A DNA stretch of 64,000 bases from Salpingoeca rosetta. Its lineage: Eukaryota; Protista; Choanoflagellata. The notes below the pieces were generated by a model. That model was not told the origin of the DNA. It made no database searches and saw only the letters and a list, made by a program, of their open reading frames with translations. Below, piece by piece: positions 16,146 to 36,338 of the stretch. The stretch is taken from NCBI GenBank assembly GCA_033442325.1, contig JAWQFM010000001.1, positions 984,779 to 1,048,778 of the forward strand, written 5' to 3'. The position numbers were made by a program, and so were the translations under genes. Position 1 is the stretch's first letter. Each line of letters starts with the position of its first letter.

Positions 16146-16636
16146 GTTGTGCGCTCTGAGAGGGTGATTGGCGTGTGTTGTGTTGTGTCTTCGGCTGGCG
16201 CTGTCCTGCTTGCCGACAAATAACCAAAGTTTTCATACAATCGTCTACGACAAGCTTGCTGTGCCATGTATTGCCTGCTCGCTTCTTTTCGTCGTGCTTG
16301 CTTCATGCCTCATGCTTCTCCGTTCACATGGGTTCACTGCATGCTGTGAATGTGGTTTGTGTGTCACACGTCACACACGTGTCGCACGTCACACATGTGT
16401 CACACACGTGTCACCACACGTACGCAAACAACAAGTCAACAAGCTCACACGCAAGGGCAGTACAGCAGCAAGGCGGAAGAGAACAGGCCCTTCCCCAACC
16501 CTCACAACTTGAACAGCTCTCACAACAACACCACGAAAAGGGACAAGAGGGGTTGAGGTTGAGAAGGTGGTGGTGGTAGCGGTGATGGTGGTGGAAGGGC
16601 ACAGGGCAAAAAGCGCGCGCGCGTGTGGAGACAGGC

Positions 16637-19964
<3,328 letters not shown>

Positions 19965-20322
19965 CGTGGCTGTCTGTTCGTGTGTGCGTGTGCGTGTATG
20001 TGTGGATGTGTCTGTGGATGTGTGGAAGACAGCAGAGGCAGATCGCTCGGACGCTCGCACGTTGGTTGCGGCTGGCTGCTGGGTGGCGGTTGTGGGAGGA
20101 GGAGAGAGAATGTCGCACACGACACCACAAAATTATTACAACTTTGTCGGCTCGCGCCCTTGTCCTCACCCACGACGGCAGGCTGCTTCTGCGTTCCTTT
20201 ATGTTACAGCGGGCAACAAAGCTGTCTAACAACGACGAACAAGCGGCAACAACATCATCCACCAATCGCATGCATGACGTGACAGCATGCATTGCAGCAC
20301 AGTTGCGCGTTGCGCGCGTGTG

Positions 20323-20586
20323 CTACACATCGCTTGACGATGCCGTTGCCTTGTGCACTGTTTTGTGGCGCGTGGAAAACCGCTTCCCAGTCTTGGGGCA
20401 CACGTACGGATCTGACCCGCACCCGAGGCACGTGATGATGGCATTGGGGTACCTGGTGGTGATGATGGTGATGGTGGCGATGGTGGTGATGATGGTGATG
20501 ATAATGGTGGGATAAGGAGCAGGCAAAAGCCGTAGCAGCGAGTGAGCAGAGGAAGCAAGTTGTGGTGGGATTTTGGAAAGTGGAGA

Positions 20587-20627
<41 letters not shown>

Positions 20628-21519
20628 GAACGGCCAGCAACCACACGACGGCAGAGAACACAAGCACACATCAGAGACAGGCAGACATACATTGACACAC
20701 AGACACACACACAAACACGCGCACTCATAAACACAATCATACACACACACACGCACGCACACAGACCTGACAAAGGGGCCAACTTGTCCGTTTGGTGCGA
20801 GATCGCGTCCGCAGACCATGCACTTTGCATGCTCCTCATCCATGACAACGCGCTGCTGATGCAACATCATGCGCTCCTTGTGCAGTTGCGTGTTCTCGCT
20901 GCGCGCCAGCCCTTTCGTCAGCTGTGTCGTGCGCAGGTAGTGCACGTCCGAGCGAATGGCCTGGCGCAGGAAGTTGCCGACAACGGAGAGGGACCAGTGG
21001 TCTGGGATGATCTTCAGCACATCCACAACATTGAGGTCGGACAGGTCGCTGTTGAGCATCTTCACGGCCTCAGCCGTCATCGGGTGCTTCCCTTCGCTCG
21101 GGTGCAGATACACCTGGTGTCACCATGCAGAGGAGCGGTGGTGAGTGAGTGGGGTGAGTGGGCGAATGTGTGTGTGTGAGTGAGTGAGTGAGTAAATACG
21201 TGAGTGAATGTGTGTGTGTGAGTGAGTAAATACATGAGTGAATGAGTGAGTGAGTGAGTAAATACGTGAGTGAATGTGTGTGAGTGAGTGTGTGAGTGAG
21301 TAAATAAATGGGTGAATGTGTGTGTGTGTGTGCGTGTGTGTGAGGGCAACTGAAGCTTCACCTGCAGGAGAAGGCGGAAGAGGTACTGTCGCATCTTGCG
21401 ATCACCCTCCGTGGTTTCATTGCAGTATTCCTCCGCCAACCTATCACAATGAGTTGGGTTTGTAGGTTTAAGGAAGAGCAAGAAACACATGTGTGCAGCA
21501 GAGATGACCTACGCACGAG

Positions 21520-21583
<64 letters not shown>

Positions 21584-21897
21584 GCAAACCACCAACGCCT
21601 GGCCTCTCCCGTCCCTCTCACCTGTGGTCCTCCACGTCGTACACCAGCAGCCTGAGTGCCTTCTCGTGCTGGCCGGCGCGCCCGTACACAATCGCACGCT
21701 CGGCATGGAAGTCCGTGTCGTCGAGGAACCGATTCAACTTGTCCACGTCGTACCGCTTGGAGGACTTGAGCACGCGCTGGAAGCGGTGGCGCAGTGACGC
21801 TGAACACATCGTAGTGGTGATGGTGGTGATGATTGAGCACGCGTGGTGATGAAAGGATAACATTGGTATGTGTGTGTATGTATGTGTATGTATGTGT

Positions 21898-21928
<31 letters not shown>

Positions 21929-23216
21929 GCATGTGGTTGGGCGTTTGTTTGGTGCACACACATGACAAGGATCAACAACCATGCACGCACACTCTTGGCA
22001 TCGTGCAACCTACCTAGCTTTTCTTCATCCACTGGAACATTGACGCGCCGCTTGTTGTCATTCTGCACACACAGACACACACACAGACACACACACGCAC
22101 GCACACAGACAGACAGACACACAGACACACACGCACACAGACAGACAGACACAGACAGACAGACACAAGCAGACATATGTTGAGGTGATGGGTCGTGCAC
22201 ATCACAGGAAAGCGCCGTGGCATGGCGAGTTGGCAATTACAGGGATGCGGAGGAGCATTGCAAATGGCACGCGGTGGTCGCACCTCAAGGCGCGTGCGCT
22301 TTACGGCGTCCAGCAGCATCATTGCCAGCGTCGTGTGGTAGTGCTCGTCCTCAGACTAAGCCAAAGGGAGAGAGGTGGTGGAAAGCGAGGGCACACACGC
22401 ACCGACACAGATACATACACAGGTACAGGAAAAGACAGAGAGACACGCATACACACACACGCACATGATCAGCATTCCTCCGTGTGGCCAGCCATTCAAC
22501 TTATTCAACATGTCAGGAGCGAACCAGCACACCGCCGTTCAATCTGCGGGAAGACAGAAGGTGCACACCACACCTTCATGGTGAGCACGAGGTACTCGAG
22601 GTAGATCATCTTGGCCGTGTGGAAGTCAGCCAGGCGGTCAAGCACAGCCGGCGGCGGGAACAGGTGCTGGTTCTCCGTGTTGGACTTGGCCGTGAAGATG
22701 TGCACACACGCCTGGCATCGGTGGTGGTGGGAAGGTTAGCCTTGGGAATGCATGGGAGGGCAACCGAAATACAGTTGATGACAGTGGATACACCATCGGC
22801 AAGAAACAAGCAAAGGTTTGTCCGCTGCCAGGAAACCGCCATCACCATCACAGCAACAGCCCCCGCAACAACGACCATCACCACCACCACCATCATCAAA
22901 CAATTGCACGCAAACAATTGCGCGCACCTCTGGGGCGATAGGGAGGATCCAGTCGATGTTGCGGAATACGAGGTCGCGGACCTGGGTCGGATTGGAGGCG
23001 TCCATATTGCTCAGCACGTCAATCACATACTCCACGCTGGCGTGCAGAGAGGGGAGAAAGGGGGTGGAGGAGGGGGTAGCAGGTCGACCAGAGTGTTGGG
23101 ACACCGTGAGTGAGCTTGTGTGTGTGTGTGTGTGGGGGGGGGGGAGAAAGGAGAGATGAAAATGGCAAGAATGGACGGCACGACAGCGACACAAAAATGG
23201 ATGCAGCTCATAATCA

Positions 23217-23277
<61 letters not shown>

Positions 23278-23665
23278 TCATTACCCAGGATAGTCTGGAT
23301 CCACTTGTGTCGCGTCCTCTTGTAAACTGCAAGCAATAAGGAATAGCAGTGCCGTGCAGGGTGACGTGAGAAGCAGGTGGAAGCAAAAGTAAGACACACA
23401 GAGTGTACCACTGCATTGGCGCACAAGCGTCCTCCCGCCCATGCAGGACTACACAGGACCACACAGGACCACACAGGACCACCCACCTTCTCCAAATCTC
23501 AAGTGCTTTTCGGTACTGCCCGGCCTGCGCATGCAGACACGCCAGCGCCTGTGCAGGAAACAACAAACATCAGACAAGTGCAAAACGATGCGGAGATGTT
23601 TGCTTGCGTCATGACGCGAATGCAACCAGGAATGGTGCGAAGAAGGAGCTTGACGAAAGGAGTTC

Positions 23666-23720
<55 letters not shown>

Positions 23721-24521
23721 CTTAAACAACAACAACAACAACAACAACTTAAACAAATGTATCGCAATACCCCGGTTTACAGCACACACGCACATGCACA
23801 CATGCACACATGCACATATGCACACGTACGAAGAAAAGCAAGACTCACGTGAAGTTTCTTCTTTGAAGCGAGAAACGACGCGCACTGCTCAATGTTGCAC
23901 TGCGTGTCTTCGCGGGCGACAAATGCGTTCAGAGACTCGCCCTCGTACATCGCGTAGATGATCACCAGCGCCGTGTCAACTGTCACGAGGTCATTCCTGC
24001 ACACCCCATGGGCAGTGTACGCCGAGGTGGTGAGCGCAATGCTCGGGATAAGGTTGGCTCAGTTGGTTGAGTTGGCTTCGCAGGGCAAGATGCGCATGCA
24101 CGCAACAAACCGTGTCACGCCGACAGTAATCACATCAATCAACACCAGCAACACTGGCATCGGTAGCAGCACCAGACCTTGTGAGTTTTGACCTGACGGC
24201 CTCCATGTATCTGGCGAGGGAGATGTACGCCTGTGCACGCTGCTCATCAGACTCAACTGCAAGTCAGCACACAGGGAGGCAATCAGGCCAGTTGTGAGGG
24301 CATGATGTGCATTGATTGTGATGGTGAAGAAAAGAAGGGGGGTTGCGAGCGGATAAATACGCGCAAATGCAAGAGCGGCCGCCATATGTGTGTGTGTGTG
24401 CTGACCAATGTCGTCGATGGAGGAGAATGGGGCGGAGGCCGAGATGCGCGTCTGTTTCACTTTGAGCGCTCCCGTCGACAGCAGCGGGAACAGCGGCAGC
24501 AACTGGCCATGGCAATGACAA

Positions 24522-24585
<64 letters not shown>

Positions 24586-24609
24586 CGATGATGATGATGA
24601 TGATGATGA

Positions 24610-24640
<31 letters not shown>

Positions 24641-25028
24641 GAGTGTCAACGATGACCCAGCAACAAACACACGATCTCTTACAAGCACACGTGCATCGTC
24701 ATGGTGCAAGTGGTGTCGTACCGCGCCTGGAGGGGTGAGCGCCTTCTGCAAGAGCTCAAACCCCCGCTTGAAGTTTCGTTGTCCCAGCAGCGCCAAACCA
24801 GCATCGCGCCGCAACCGCCGCCGCTTCTGCACACGCAGAAGGTACAGACGTACGCGCCATGGAAAACATGGTCAGGATTGCGTGGTTTGAGATGAGAACA
24901 GCGCAAGGCATGTGTGCTAGCAGATGGGGCGAAGCATAGGGGGGGGGGGGGTTCACGCACTTTCTTGATTTCGTCGGCCTCGTTGGCATCATCCACTTCC
25001 TCAAGCTCTTTCGAAATCGTCGCCTGGT

Positions 25029-25101
<73 letters not shown>

Positions 25102-25210
25102 NNNNNNNNNNNNNNNNNNNNNNNNNNNNNNNNNNNNNNNNNNNNNNNNNNNNNNNNNNNNNNNNNNNNNNNNNNNNNNNNNNNNNNNNNNNNNNNNNNN
25201 NCCGTCGTCG

Positions 25211-25286
<76 letters not shown>

Positions 25287-25536
25287 TCACCATCAAGCAC
25301 GCGTGAGCTCAAGCAAATAGCAACGGCAGCAGCCGCAGTGGTGTCGCGAGAGGGGCAGTGACAGCAGTGACATGGGCGTGAGAGGGAGTGCCACAGCAGG
25401 TTGGTGCTGGGACGTACCTCCATGAGTGTCAATGCCTCGTCAACCAGTCCCTCGCTGATGAGGTGGGAGATCTGGTGGTGGCACAGAGTCATGTACACGT
25501 GAGGGTAGCGGAAAAAGCCACACACGCACGCACACG

Positions 25537-25592
<56 letters not shown>

Positions 25593-25621
25593 TGCACACA
25601 CGCACACACGCATATGCACAA

Positions 25622-25653
<32 letters not shown>

Positions 25654-25950
25654 CAAAATCGGCACACCTGAGCATGGAAGGAGGTGAGGGCGAGGAGGAG
25701 AACGGAGCGGCCGCGAGCAACGAGAATCTGCCCGTCCGCGACGTCAAACAGCATTGTCGGCTCCTGCGAACGGACATGCGGCACGCGCCGGCAAACGTGT
25801 CACCAAGGGAGCGGTGGGGGGGGGGGTCAGCTTGTGAGGAGATAGCACGCGAGTGAAGCATGCGTGCAAATTTGGAAACACTGACAGACCGTCGAACATA
25901 CTCTCATACACGCATGGCCCCATCTCGACTCTGGTCCGTGCAGCAGTGCA

Positions 25951-26047
<97 letters not shown>

Positions 26048-26436
26048 TGTGTGTGTCTGTGCGCACGGTAACTCTGTGTGCGCATCACATGGTATGCCTC
26101 TTTGTGTGTGAGTGAGTAAGTGTGGTACCTTGCAGTCGAACACTTGCACGGGCGCGAGGTCGAGGATGGAGAAGACGGAGAGGGTGCCAACAGAGGGATA
26201 CATGCCAACGACATAAGGGTACGTGAAGGCGATGGACGTGGGCCCCTCCACCCACTGCATGGGGCTTCGCAGCGGTTCTCCGTTGGCCTGGATGCAGATG
26301 GCCAGCGCCTGCGCACCAGCGCCGTGAACAACAAGGAACTGGCGGGCGGTGGCGTTGGTGGGAAGGATGATGTGAGCACTGGTTCGAGGACACGGGAAGG
26401 ATGCGCGAACAGCTGCTCACATGCACACACATACAG

Positions 26437-26467
<31 letters not shown>

Positions 26468-27971
26468 GACAAAGACACGCAGGCACAGACAGACAGACAC
26501 ACCAAGCACTTTGTGCAGCCCTCCTCCTCCTCCTCCTCCTCTGTGGAGACCTCGTTCTGCTGGAGCCACTTGACGCGCGGGGTGGCGGTGCCGACGTTGG
26601 TGATGTGCTTCTTGCTGGTGGTGAGCAGGTCAATGCGGTAATACGCGTCGCGCTGGGCGACAAGCAGCGCCCGCCCTTCCCGCTCCATGTCGAGGATCTC
26701 CTACAGCCAACAGGTTTTTTTTTTTGGGGGGGGGGTGAGAAGAAGGTGTTTTTGTTGGGGGGGGGGTGAGTGATGGTGGTCAAGGGTTGTGGTAAGTAAA
26801 GGTACTTCATCGTAACTTCGCCCTGTCACTCATTCTACCCACTATCACTCTACATACCCACCTCCCCTCATCTCCACCATCACCCAAACACTCGCATTAG
26901 TCATGTGCGAGTGAACTTTCACGCGCGAAACGCACCTGCGCCTCTCTGAATTCCTTGAGACGCTTGTTTGGTGTGAGGACATTGCCCACGAGCTCATACG
27001 ACTTGATGGCCCCTTTCTTGAACACCACTGTGATCTGCGGAAGCGAAACGGAGGCGGGGGGGGGGAGGGTTAAGTTGGTGTGGAGACAGGCAGGCAGGCA
27101 GGCAGACAGGTACACACAGACACACAGACACAGACACACACGCACACACACAGACACACAGACACAGACACAGACACAGACACAGACACACACACACACA
27201 CACACGCACAGACACACACGCATACATGCTCCACTTGCAGACACCTCGAAAACGCCGTCCTCTGTTGGGTCGTGCGAGCGATCGACGCAGAATCGGCTGA
27301 CGTTCTGCAGTTGAACAAACACACGAATACGGCATGGCGTGAGATGCAGGTGGACAGCGAATCAATACAGTGGCATGGACAGCTGGCAACACAGTAAACT
27401 AAGCACCACTGCACACACACTGCACACACATGCACACTGACTTTGAGCTGCACATGCTTGTGGGATTCCATGTGGTTGAGATTGTCCATGAAGAGGATGT
27501 ACAGGCAGGACTCTGACAGCACCAGCAGCTTGCGCTGCCGTGGAGCCACCTACAGTTGGGTAGGCAAGTTGAGGTTCAAAGGGGGCATGATGACGCTGGG
27601 CAAGAGCACGCAAGCCAATGGGCAGTCGAATTGTGCACGCATTCATGCAAGGCAGCGGAATAGGGAATAGCATGCCCACGACAGTGAGTGCCGCAAAGCA
27701 CAGCATTCGCACCGTGAGCTGGGTGATGGGCTTGTGGGGGATGATAGTGGTTTGCTTCTTGTAGTTGCACTTGATGGTCTTGGTCTGCCCCGATGACAGC
27801 TCCGAAGTCAAGTGATGGTACACGATATGTCTGCAAAGCAGCAAGAGAGACACGTAAATTGCAGTGAAGCACAGCGACTATGAGAAAGGGAGGTGGGGGG
27901 CGGGAGGGGGACGAGCGGGTCCTTAAGCAAGCGTGTGCACACATGCAACGCTCTGCCACGCACGCACACAT

Positions 27972-28031
<60 letters not shown>

Positions 28032-28438
28032 NNNNNNNNNNNNNNNNNNNNNNNNNNNNNNNNNNNNNNNNNNNNNNNNNNNNNNNNNNNNNNNNNNNNN
28101 NNNNNNNNNNNNNNNNNNNNNNNNNNNNNNNTAAATGTTTAATTATTTATCCCTCCACAGACTACAAGGGACATTAGACTCGTTGTACAGTATGTGCCGC
28201 CACTAGGTGTTGTAGCGCCAGAAACCATTCTCAGCAAGTTTGTCCATCGCTCGGACCGACAAATGGAAGATCATGTCCCAGCCCACATCTCCCCGCTTAA
28301 TATACACATATAATAATAGACTGTGGCGTTCGGGGCACAGTTAAATCGGGCCAAGTGCAACGTACCAGCCCGGAGCAGCACATACAGCTGAAAGATTGAG
28401 GAACATTTAACAGGCAAAATCGTAGCGAATGAACACAC

Positions 28439-28499
<61 letters not shown>

Positions 28500-28641
28500 G
28501 CCCACACTGATTGACTGACCCTTCATTTGTGCCAATCCACAGTGAATCTTCCCACATATCAAGGGCACTGGCAACAACAGAGGCCTTGTTGTTGGCCACA
28601 GCCGGAAGCAGCTGCAGCAGCTCAAATGCGTGCAGCGCCAT
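20323..28641 (-). CDS. TGFBRAP1/Vps3-like (Vps39 family: CNH + clathrin-like repeat + C-terminal Zn finger) CORVET/HOPS subunit
   Basis: N-terminus MALHAFEL..LWIGTNEG; CNH pieces KLLVLSESCLY and QWVEGPTSIAFTYPYVV; VDTALV; YLEYLV; ERAIVYGRAGQHEKALRLLV..AEEYC; VLKIIPDHWSL; C-terminus CMVCGRDL..FVRYPNAIITCLGC..CPKTGKRF*. About 20 exons, two N gaps within introns. TGFBRAP1 vs VPS39 needs a phylogeny. Confidence 0.82.
21168..21340. repeat. Degenerate minisatellite (gtgagtgagtaaatacgtgagtgaatgtgtgt-like units) in TGFBRAP1-like intron
   Basis: The gagtaaata(c/a) core recurs four times, embedded in GAGT/GT runs. Confidence 0.75.
24523..24640. repeat. (GAT)n-(GTT)n-(GGT)n compound microsatellite, intronic
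   Basis: Directly visible. Confidence 0.9.
25102..25201. other. Assembly gap (100 N)
   Basis: N run flanked by (CA)n. Confidence 1.
28032..28131. other. Assembly gap (100 N)
   Basis: N run following (CA)n. Confidence 1.
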
Positions 28642-28857
28642 GGCTCAAGAGGCAGTGGGGTGGAGAAGGACGATGTGTTTGTGCTCCTGCTGATATTGGC
28701 TGGACGAGCATTAAAATCACATCGAATCATTCCCAGCAATAACAACAAAAATCATCACGCACACAACGACGACAGCGCACCAACAGCCACTCACTGACAG
28801 GCGGATTGTTGTGTGTGTGTGTGTGTGTGCGTGAGAGGGGACGAGTACCACACAGCC
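28642..28857. promoter_or_regulatory. Putative bidirectional promoter TGFBRAP1-like / RPB7 (216 bp)
   Basis: Divergent ATGs at 28641 (-) and 28858 (+); AT-rich patch at about 28709-28755. Confidence 0.6.
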
Positions 28858-30659
<1,802 letters not shown>

Positions 30660-31229
30660 TGAACAGCCGCACACTCGTGTGTGCGTGTGTGTGTGCGTGT
30701 GTGTGTGCGTGTGTGTGTGCGTGTGTGTGTGTGTCGAGTTGTACATGCAATTCAAGTGTCGTTGTGTTTGGTCCGTCATGTGCTCGTATTTTTTGTTTCA
30801 TGGTAGCTGCGCTTTGTGGGTTTGTGGATGTGTGCGCGCGCGTGTGTGGACGTGCAAGACAAAGGCCAGTTGCCTGCTGTTCAGGTGTTATTGGCACAGC
30901 AGGGGATGAGTGCACATGTGTACTTTCTGGGATTGAACTACAAGCAGAAAGCGAGAACCACGTATGTCAAGAAAGGATGGGGTGTGCTGAACAACGAGAG
31001 TGAAACAAACAATAGCATGTCAACATGCGCATGCACGCACAACACAAAGAGGGACAAGCAGGGCAACAGCAAATGAATCCGCACAGACAGGCAAATATTC
31101 GAGCGCCCAAACACACAGGCACATGCAGGGGCGGGCAGACAAGGAGACGGGGGAGATCAACACGCACACGCACGCACAAACACGCACGCACACACACAGA
31201 AGAGATACATGCGCGCGTACAACACCACA

Positions 31230-32200
31230 TCACATGACGGGGATGCGCTTGTCCTTTGCCCACTTGCGCATGACGCGGGAAATCTGGTCCACTTGCGGGT
31301 TGTTTGAGTTGCGCAACATGGCAAGAATCTCCCTCAGTCCTTCCTTGGGCTCGTGCCCAGCAATGATCTGCTGGAACACGCCGACACACGCGCCGCGCTT
31401 GCCCTCCCAGTACTCGGGGCTCGGGTCAAGCCGCTCAAGCACGTCAAACGCCTTGGCGCTGTAGTAGAACGCCCCCATCTAGCGATGATGATGATGATGA
31501 CGATGATGATGATGATGAGATATCAGTGGGGGTACGTGAGATGCGTGCAATGGGACGAGAGAAGGAGACGCAGGGAGGGATGGTCGTACATGTGTGCACA
31601 TGCACGCGTGTCTGTGTACATACCCTGTAGCAGTCGTGTGCGATGAGCTGGAGGAGGAGATACGAGTCAGCGGACGTTTCCATGCGAAGATACAGCTCCC
31701 ACGCCAGTCGCGGCTTCTTGTTCATGATGTCTGCACACACACACACGCACGCACACACATGAAACAAACGGTGGTGTCGGTGAGGACAAGGGGCAAGTTG
31801 TGTGTGCGTGTGTGTGCGTGTGTGCGTGTGATGAACGCGCACGCAAAAAAATGGAAAGATGCAAAAACAAGAACATCATGCGTGTGCACGTGTGTTCATG
31901 TGCACATGGCGCGTGTACACGTACAGCAGCGGGCAAGCCAGGAGAGGTAGGTGTAGTCGGACTTGTACGCCTCGGACTGCACGAGCAGAAACGTCTCCTC
32001 GGCCTCGTGCCATTTCCTGCATCCAAGTCATGCAGTGCAGCCGGGGGTGGGGTGCAGGGGGTGCAGGGGATGAGCACAGCGCACGCATGGAGATCGGTGC
32101 TGATGGGAGGAGACGAGAAGAACACGGGCACACGCACACGCACACACGCACACACACGCACACACACACACGCACACACACACGCACACACACACACACG

Positions 32201-32240
<40 letters not shown>

Positions 32241-33309
32241 NNNNNNNNNNNNNNNNNNNNNNNNNNNNNNNNNNNNNNNNNNNNNNNNNNNNNNNNNNNN
32301 NNNNNNNNNNNNNNNNNNNNNNNNNNNNNNNNNNNNNNNNTTTTTCCCATCCCCTTCGCCGGCGTCTTCGGTAACTCCTTTTTTTTCCCTCTCGGTTCGT
32401 GTCACTTTCTTTCCTTATCTATTTTTCCTATCTTGTTATGGAATTTCCTTTTTACTCTCTTCTTTAATCTGGCTTATACACCGCCAATCATCCCCCGCCT
32501 CCTCTACCTCCTTGTTCCTTTATCCCTCCACCCGGTACAATTTATCAGGTTATGTCGGCGGTCCGACGTCTCGCGGCGCACTGGTTCTTGAAGTTGATGA
32601 TGTTCCACAGCAACACTATCGCATCAACACATCCATCATCAAGTGCGGTCGATGATTTGCCGGTGGTGGAGTAGTAGGAGGAGGAGGAGGAGGAGGAGGA
32701 GGAGGAGGAGGAGGAGGAGGAGGAGGAGGAGGAGGAGAATGGTGAAGGGAGAGGTGGGTGGTCGGTGAGAAGCTGTGCAGATTGGGGCAGGAAGCACGGC
32801 TAAGCACACACACACACACACACACACTCTCTCTCTTGGTATGCCAAAGTTTACGAAGACAAGAAGGACAAGAAGAACAAAGGCAAGGGCAAGAACACCA
32901 ACAGCAACACCAACAGCACCACCGAACACCACCTCCAACAACAACGACAGCCGACTGACCGCATTCTGAGGCAGATCCACCGACGAGCTGGAAGTACTGC
33001 TGGGCGAGCTTGAGGTGGTCGCTCGAGTCCTGCTCCTGCCCAATGCACGCATTCACTACGCCCTTCAGGATGTACTCCTGGTATGGGGGCAGGCAGAGGA
33101 TGGGAGTGGTGGAGCGTCATTGTATGAGACAGGTATTGCGAGAGTGCAAGAGGAAAAAGAAGCACATGCACACGTGTCGACAGCAGTGCCCTCACAACTC
33201 ATGCCCATGGACAGAGTCATTATCACAGACACACGCACACAGACACAAACAGGTACACAAATGCACAAGGAGACAACCCCCTCACCCACTCACACACACA
33301 CTCTCCCTC

Positions 33310-33381
<72 letters not shown>

Positions 33382-33730
33382 ACTCACTCCCACACTCCCT
33401 CTTTCACCCTCTCGCTATCCTCTCTGCCGCGTACCGGCGGGGTGCTGGGCTCCATGTCCTTCACGAGCTTGAACGCTTCGTCGAGGTCGTTTTGGCGGAG
33501 GAAGAAGATAACGAGGTTCAGCCGCGCCTCGGGGATAACATCCAGCAGCTTGCTCCACACCTGCAGCCACAGGGGAGGTGCAAAGGGGGGAGGGGGAGGA
33601 GGAGGAGGAGAGCACATGAGGCCGATCATCAGCAGCTTATACACAAGAACAATCATACGTGTGCTGTTTTCTATTCGCACACATTTCACTTCCCATGTCC
33701 ATTCCATAAAAATCCTTCACAAGCACATGT

Positions 33731-33799
<69 letters not shown>

Positions 33800-36115
33800 C
33801 TGACCTGCAGTGCGCCTTCGCCGTCCCGGAAGACAACCTGCAACGCCAGAATAGCAGCGAGCAGCTCGTGTGTGAGGCGTTGAGAGGCAATGCAATCCAT
33901 CACGCAAAGACGTAGAGGCACGGGCGCAGGCGTGCTCGTATCAACAGTTGTTCGAACAAAGTCACACAGACACACACAAACACAGATACACACACACACA
34001 CACGCGCACGCACACACACGCACACAGATACACGCGCACACACAGAGATACACGCAATGGCACAGGCCCAAGCAGCAATCACTGAACGCACGAGATTGTG
34101 CTTGATGAGGTCCTGTGCAAACTCAAACGAGAGCGACGCCTTCTCCTTGAGTGTCATCAGCTCTTGCTCGGCTGCCTTGCCGTTGTACAGCCGGAAGTGG
34201 TTGCACGCCTACAATGGCACAAGCACGCACACACACACACACACAGACACACACAAACAAACACATACACAGACATTCACACAGACATTCACATGCACAT
34301 GCACACACAAACACAAGCACCACACAGCAGTTAAGTTCCAGGTGTGGAAGCGTTTTCAACCAATGGCTGCGTTATCTGTTCATCACAATCGCTCCATCAA
34401 CACAGCTGCCACCTCTGTTCCCTTCTCCCCCCCAAACGCACGGACTTGCAGGCAACATGCGTGGTGTGCCTCCTCGCCCCACCCACCTTGAGGTTGAGGG
34501 CGATGGCCGAGTCTGGGAAGCTCATGAGGTAGACGTTGATAATCTCTTGGGACACGTCGTAGTAGTCCAGCTTGTAGTAGCACAGCGCAATGTAGGCGTT
34601 GAGCGCAACCATGTTCGTGTCCTCCAGCACAATGCGCTTGTATGTGTCGATGGCCTCCTGGTAGTGGCTGCGCATGTAGTGGATGGACGCAAGCGACATC
34701 TGTACCCGGGCGCATGTGGAAACAACACAGTGTTGGTGTACGTCAGCACAAGAGACGTGGTGCAGCAGAGACTAACAGCACGCACATGCGTAAAATAAGG
34801 CTCACGCCTCACAACACACACACAAAACGCAGTGATTTCTTGTCTCGCAGCTTGCGCTGTCTGTATACACGCGCATCCCAACGGCACCAGTCGGCCCCAC
34901 CTTGTCTTCCATGATGTCTTGCAGCTGCTGATGGTATGTCATCAACCGCTTGTCGTCTCCAAACTGTCGAAGCGGCGGGGAGCACAGGCGGTATTGGGCA
35001 TGGACGAGGGCAAGGGGGGAGGGGAGCGGCAGCGTGTGCCACATGTATGCGCGTGAGTGAGCGAGTGAGTGATCGTATTTGAGTGTATGTGTGTAGGTGT
35101 GGATGGAATGCGAGTTGTGGTCTGTGGTCAATGTACAATGGCGGCGACAAGCGGCTGCAGCACCGATTATGAGCCGTGTCCCACTCACCTTGTGTGCGAG
35201 GTGAAAGAGAAGGCGGTTCTTGAGAGCACACTGTGGCCCCTTTTGCGCAGCCGCGTCTGCTTCCTCGTACATGCCCAGGAAGAAGCAGCAGCAGGCAAGG
35301 TACAGCCATATTCTCTCCGAGCTGCCCTCCGAAGCCAACAGCTTCTTGTACGTCTGCACAGCAGCGTCAAACAGCGCATCAGATTGTTGTTGTTGTTGTT
35401 GTGGTTGTCGTTGTTGTTGTTGTTGTTCGAAATCGCACGGAAGAAGTGACAGCAACGCAAGTGCGAGAGGGGAGAGCAAAGAACATGCACATCAGCCAAA
35501 CAGGTCGCACCCAAAGGTCAAGATGCACACGTGTACTGACCTGAAGGGCGCGGCGATAGTCGCCAAGATGAAAAGCACAGTAGGCAATCCACTCATCCTG
35601 CGCATCAATGGGCTTCCCTGAACCATCCATGAACTGAGAGCATGTGCCCAAGCAGTCAGTGCGGTCGGGGGGGGGGGGGCGAGGAAACAGAAGGAGGGAA
35701 AGAGAATTCGTTTCAATTGTGCACAGCCAAGGGACGCGACACACCGAGGTGAGCAACACCTCAAGATGACGCCAACAAATGTAAACACACAGACACCCAC
35801 CCACACCCACCCACACACACACACACACACCTCGAGCAAGGTGAGAGCGCCAACGTAGTCGCGCTTCTGAAGAAAATCTTCGAGCTTCGGCAGCTCCTTC
35901 TTCTTGGTGGAGCGAGACCTCGACATGGCCTGCTCATCCCGCGACTCCGCGGGCTTGGATCGGGACAGAATCTGGGCGTGCATCCACATAACAGGAGCAA
36001 GTGTCAGCACACACGTACACAGAGGAGAGCAAACCGATGACGGAAGAAGAGAAGGAAGCAAACACAACCACAGGCGAACACACACACACACACACAGCTA
36101 ACCATAGAGACACAG

Positions 36116-36192
<77 letters not shown>

Positions 36193-36301
36193 NNNNNNNN
36201 NNNNNNNNNNNNNNNNNNNNNNNNNNNNNNNNNNNNNNNNNNNNNNNNNNNNNNNNNNNNNNNNNNNNNNNNNNNNNNNNNNNNNNNNNNNNCAAGACAG
36301 A

Positions 36302-36338
<37 letters not shown>

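Noticed and set aside
21168-21340. Regularly spaced repeats resembling a CRISPR array
   Set aside because: Eukaryotic intron, spacers are just GT/GAGT runs, no cas genes: a degenerate minisatellite.
28132-28435. AT-rich atypical segment as a possible mobile element or HGT
   Set aside because: It lies between an N gap and a long (CA)n tract, with no terminal repeats or coding signal. Most likely a low-quality read tail.
32341-32660. Pyrimidine-rich atypical segment after the gap
   Set aside because: It abuts an N gap and a (GAG)n tract; likely degraded sequence rather than a real element.
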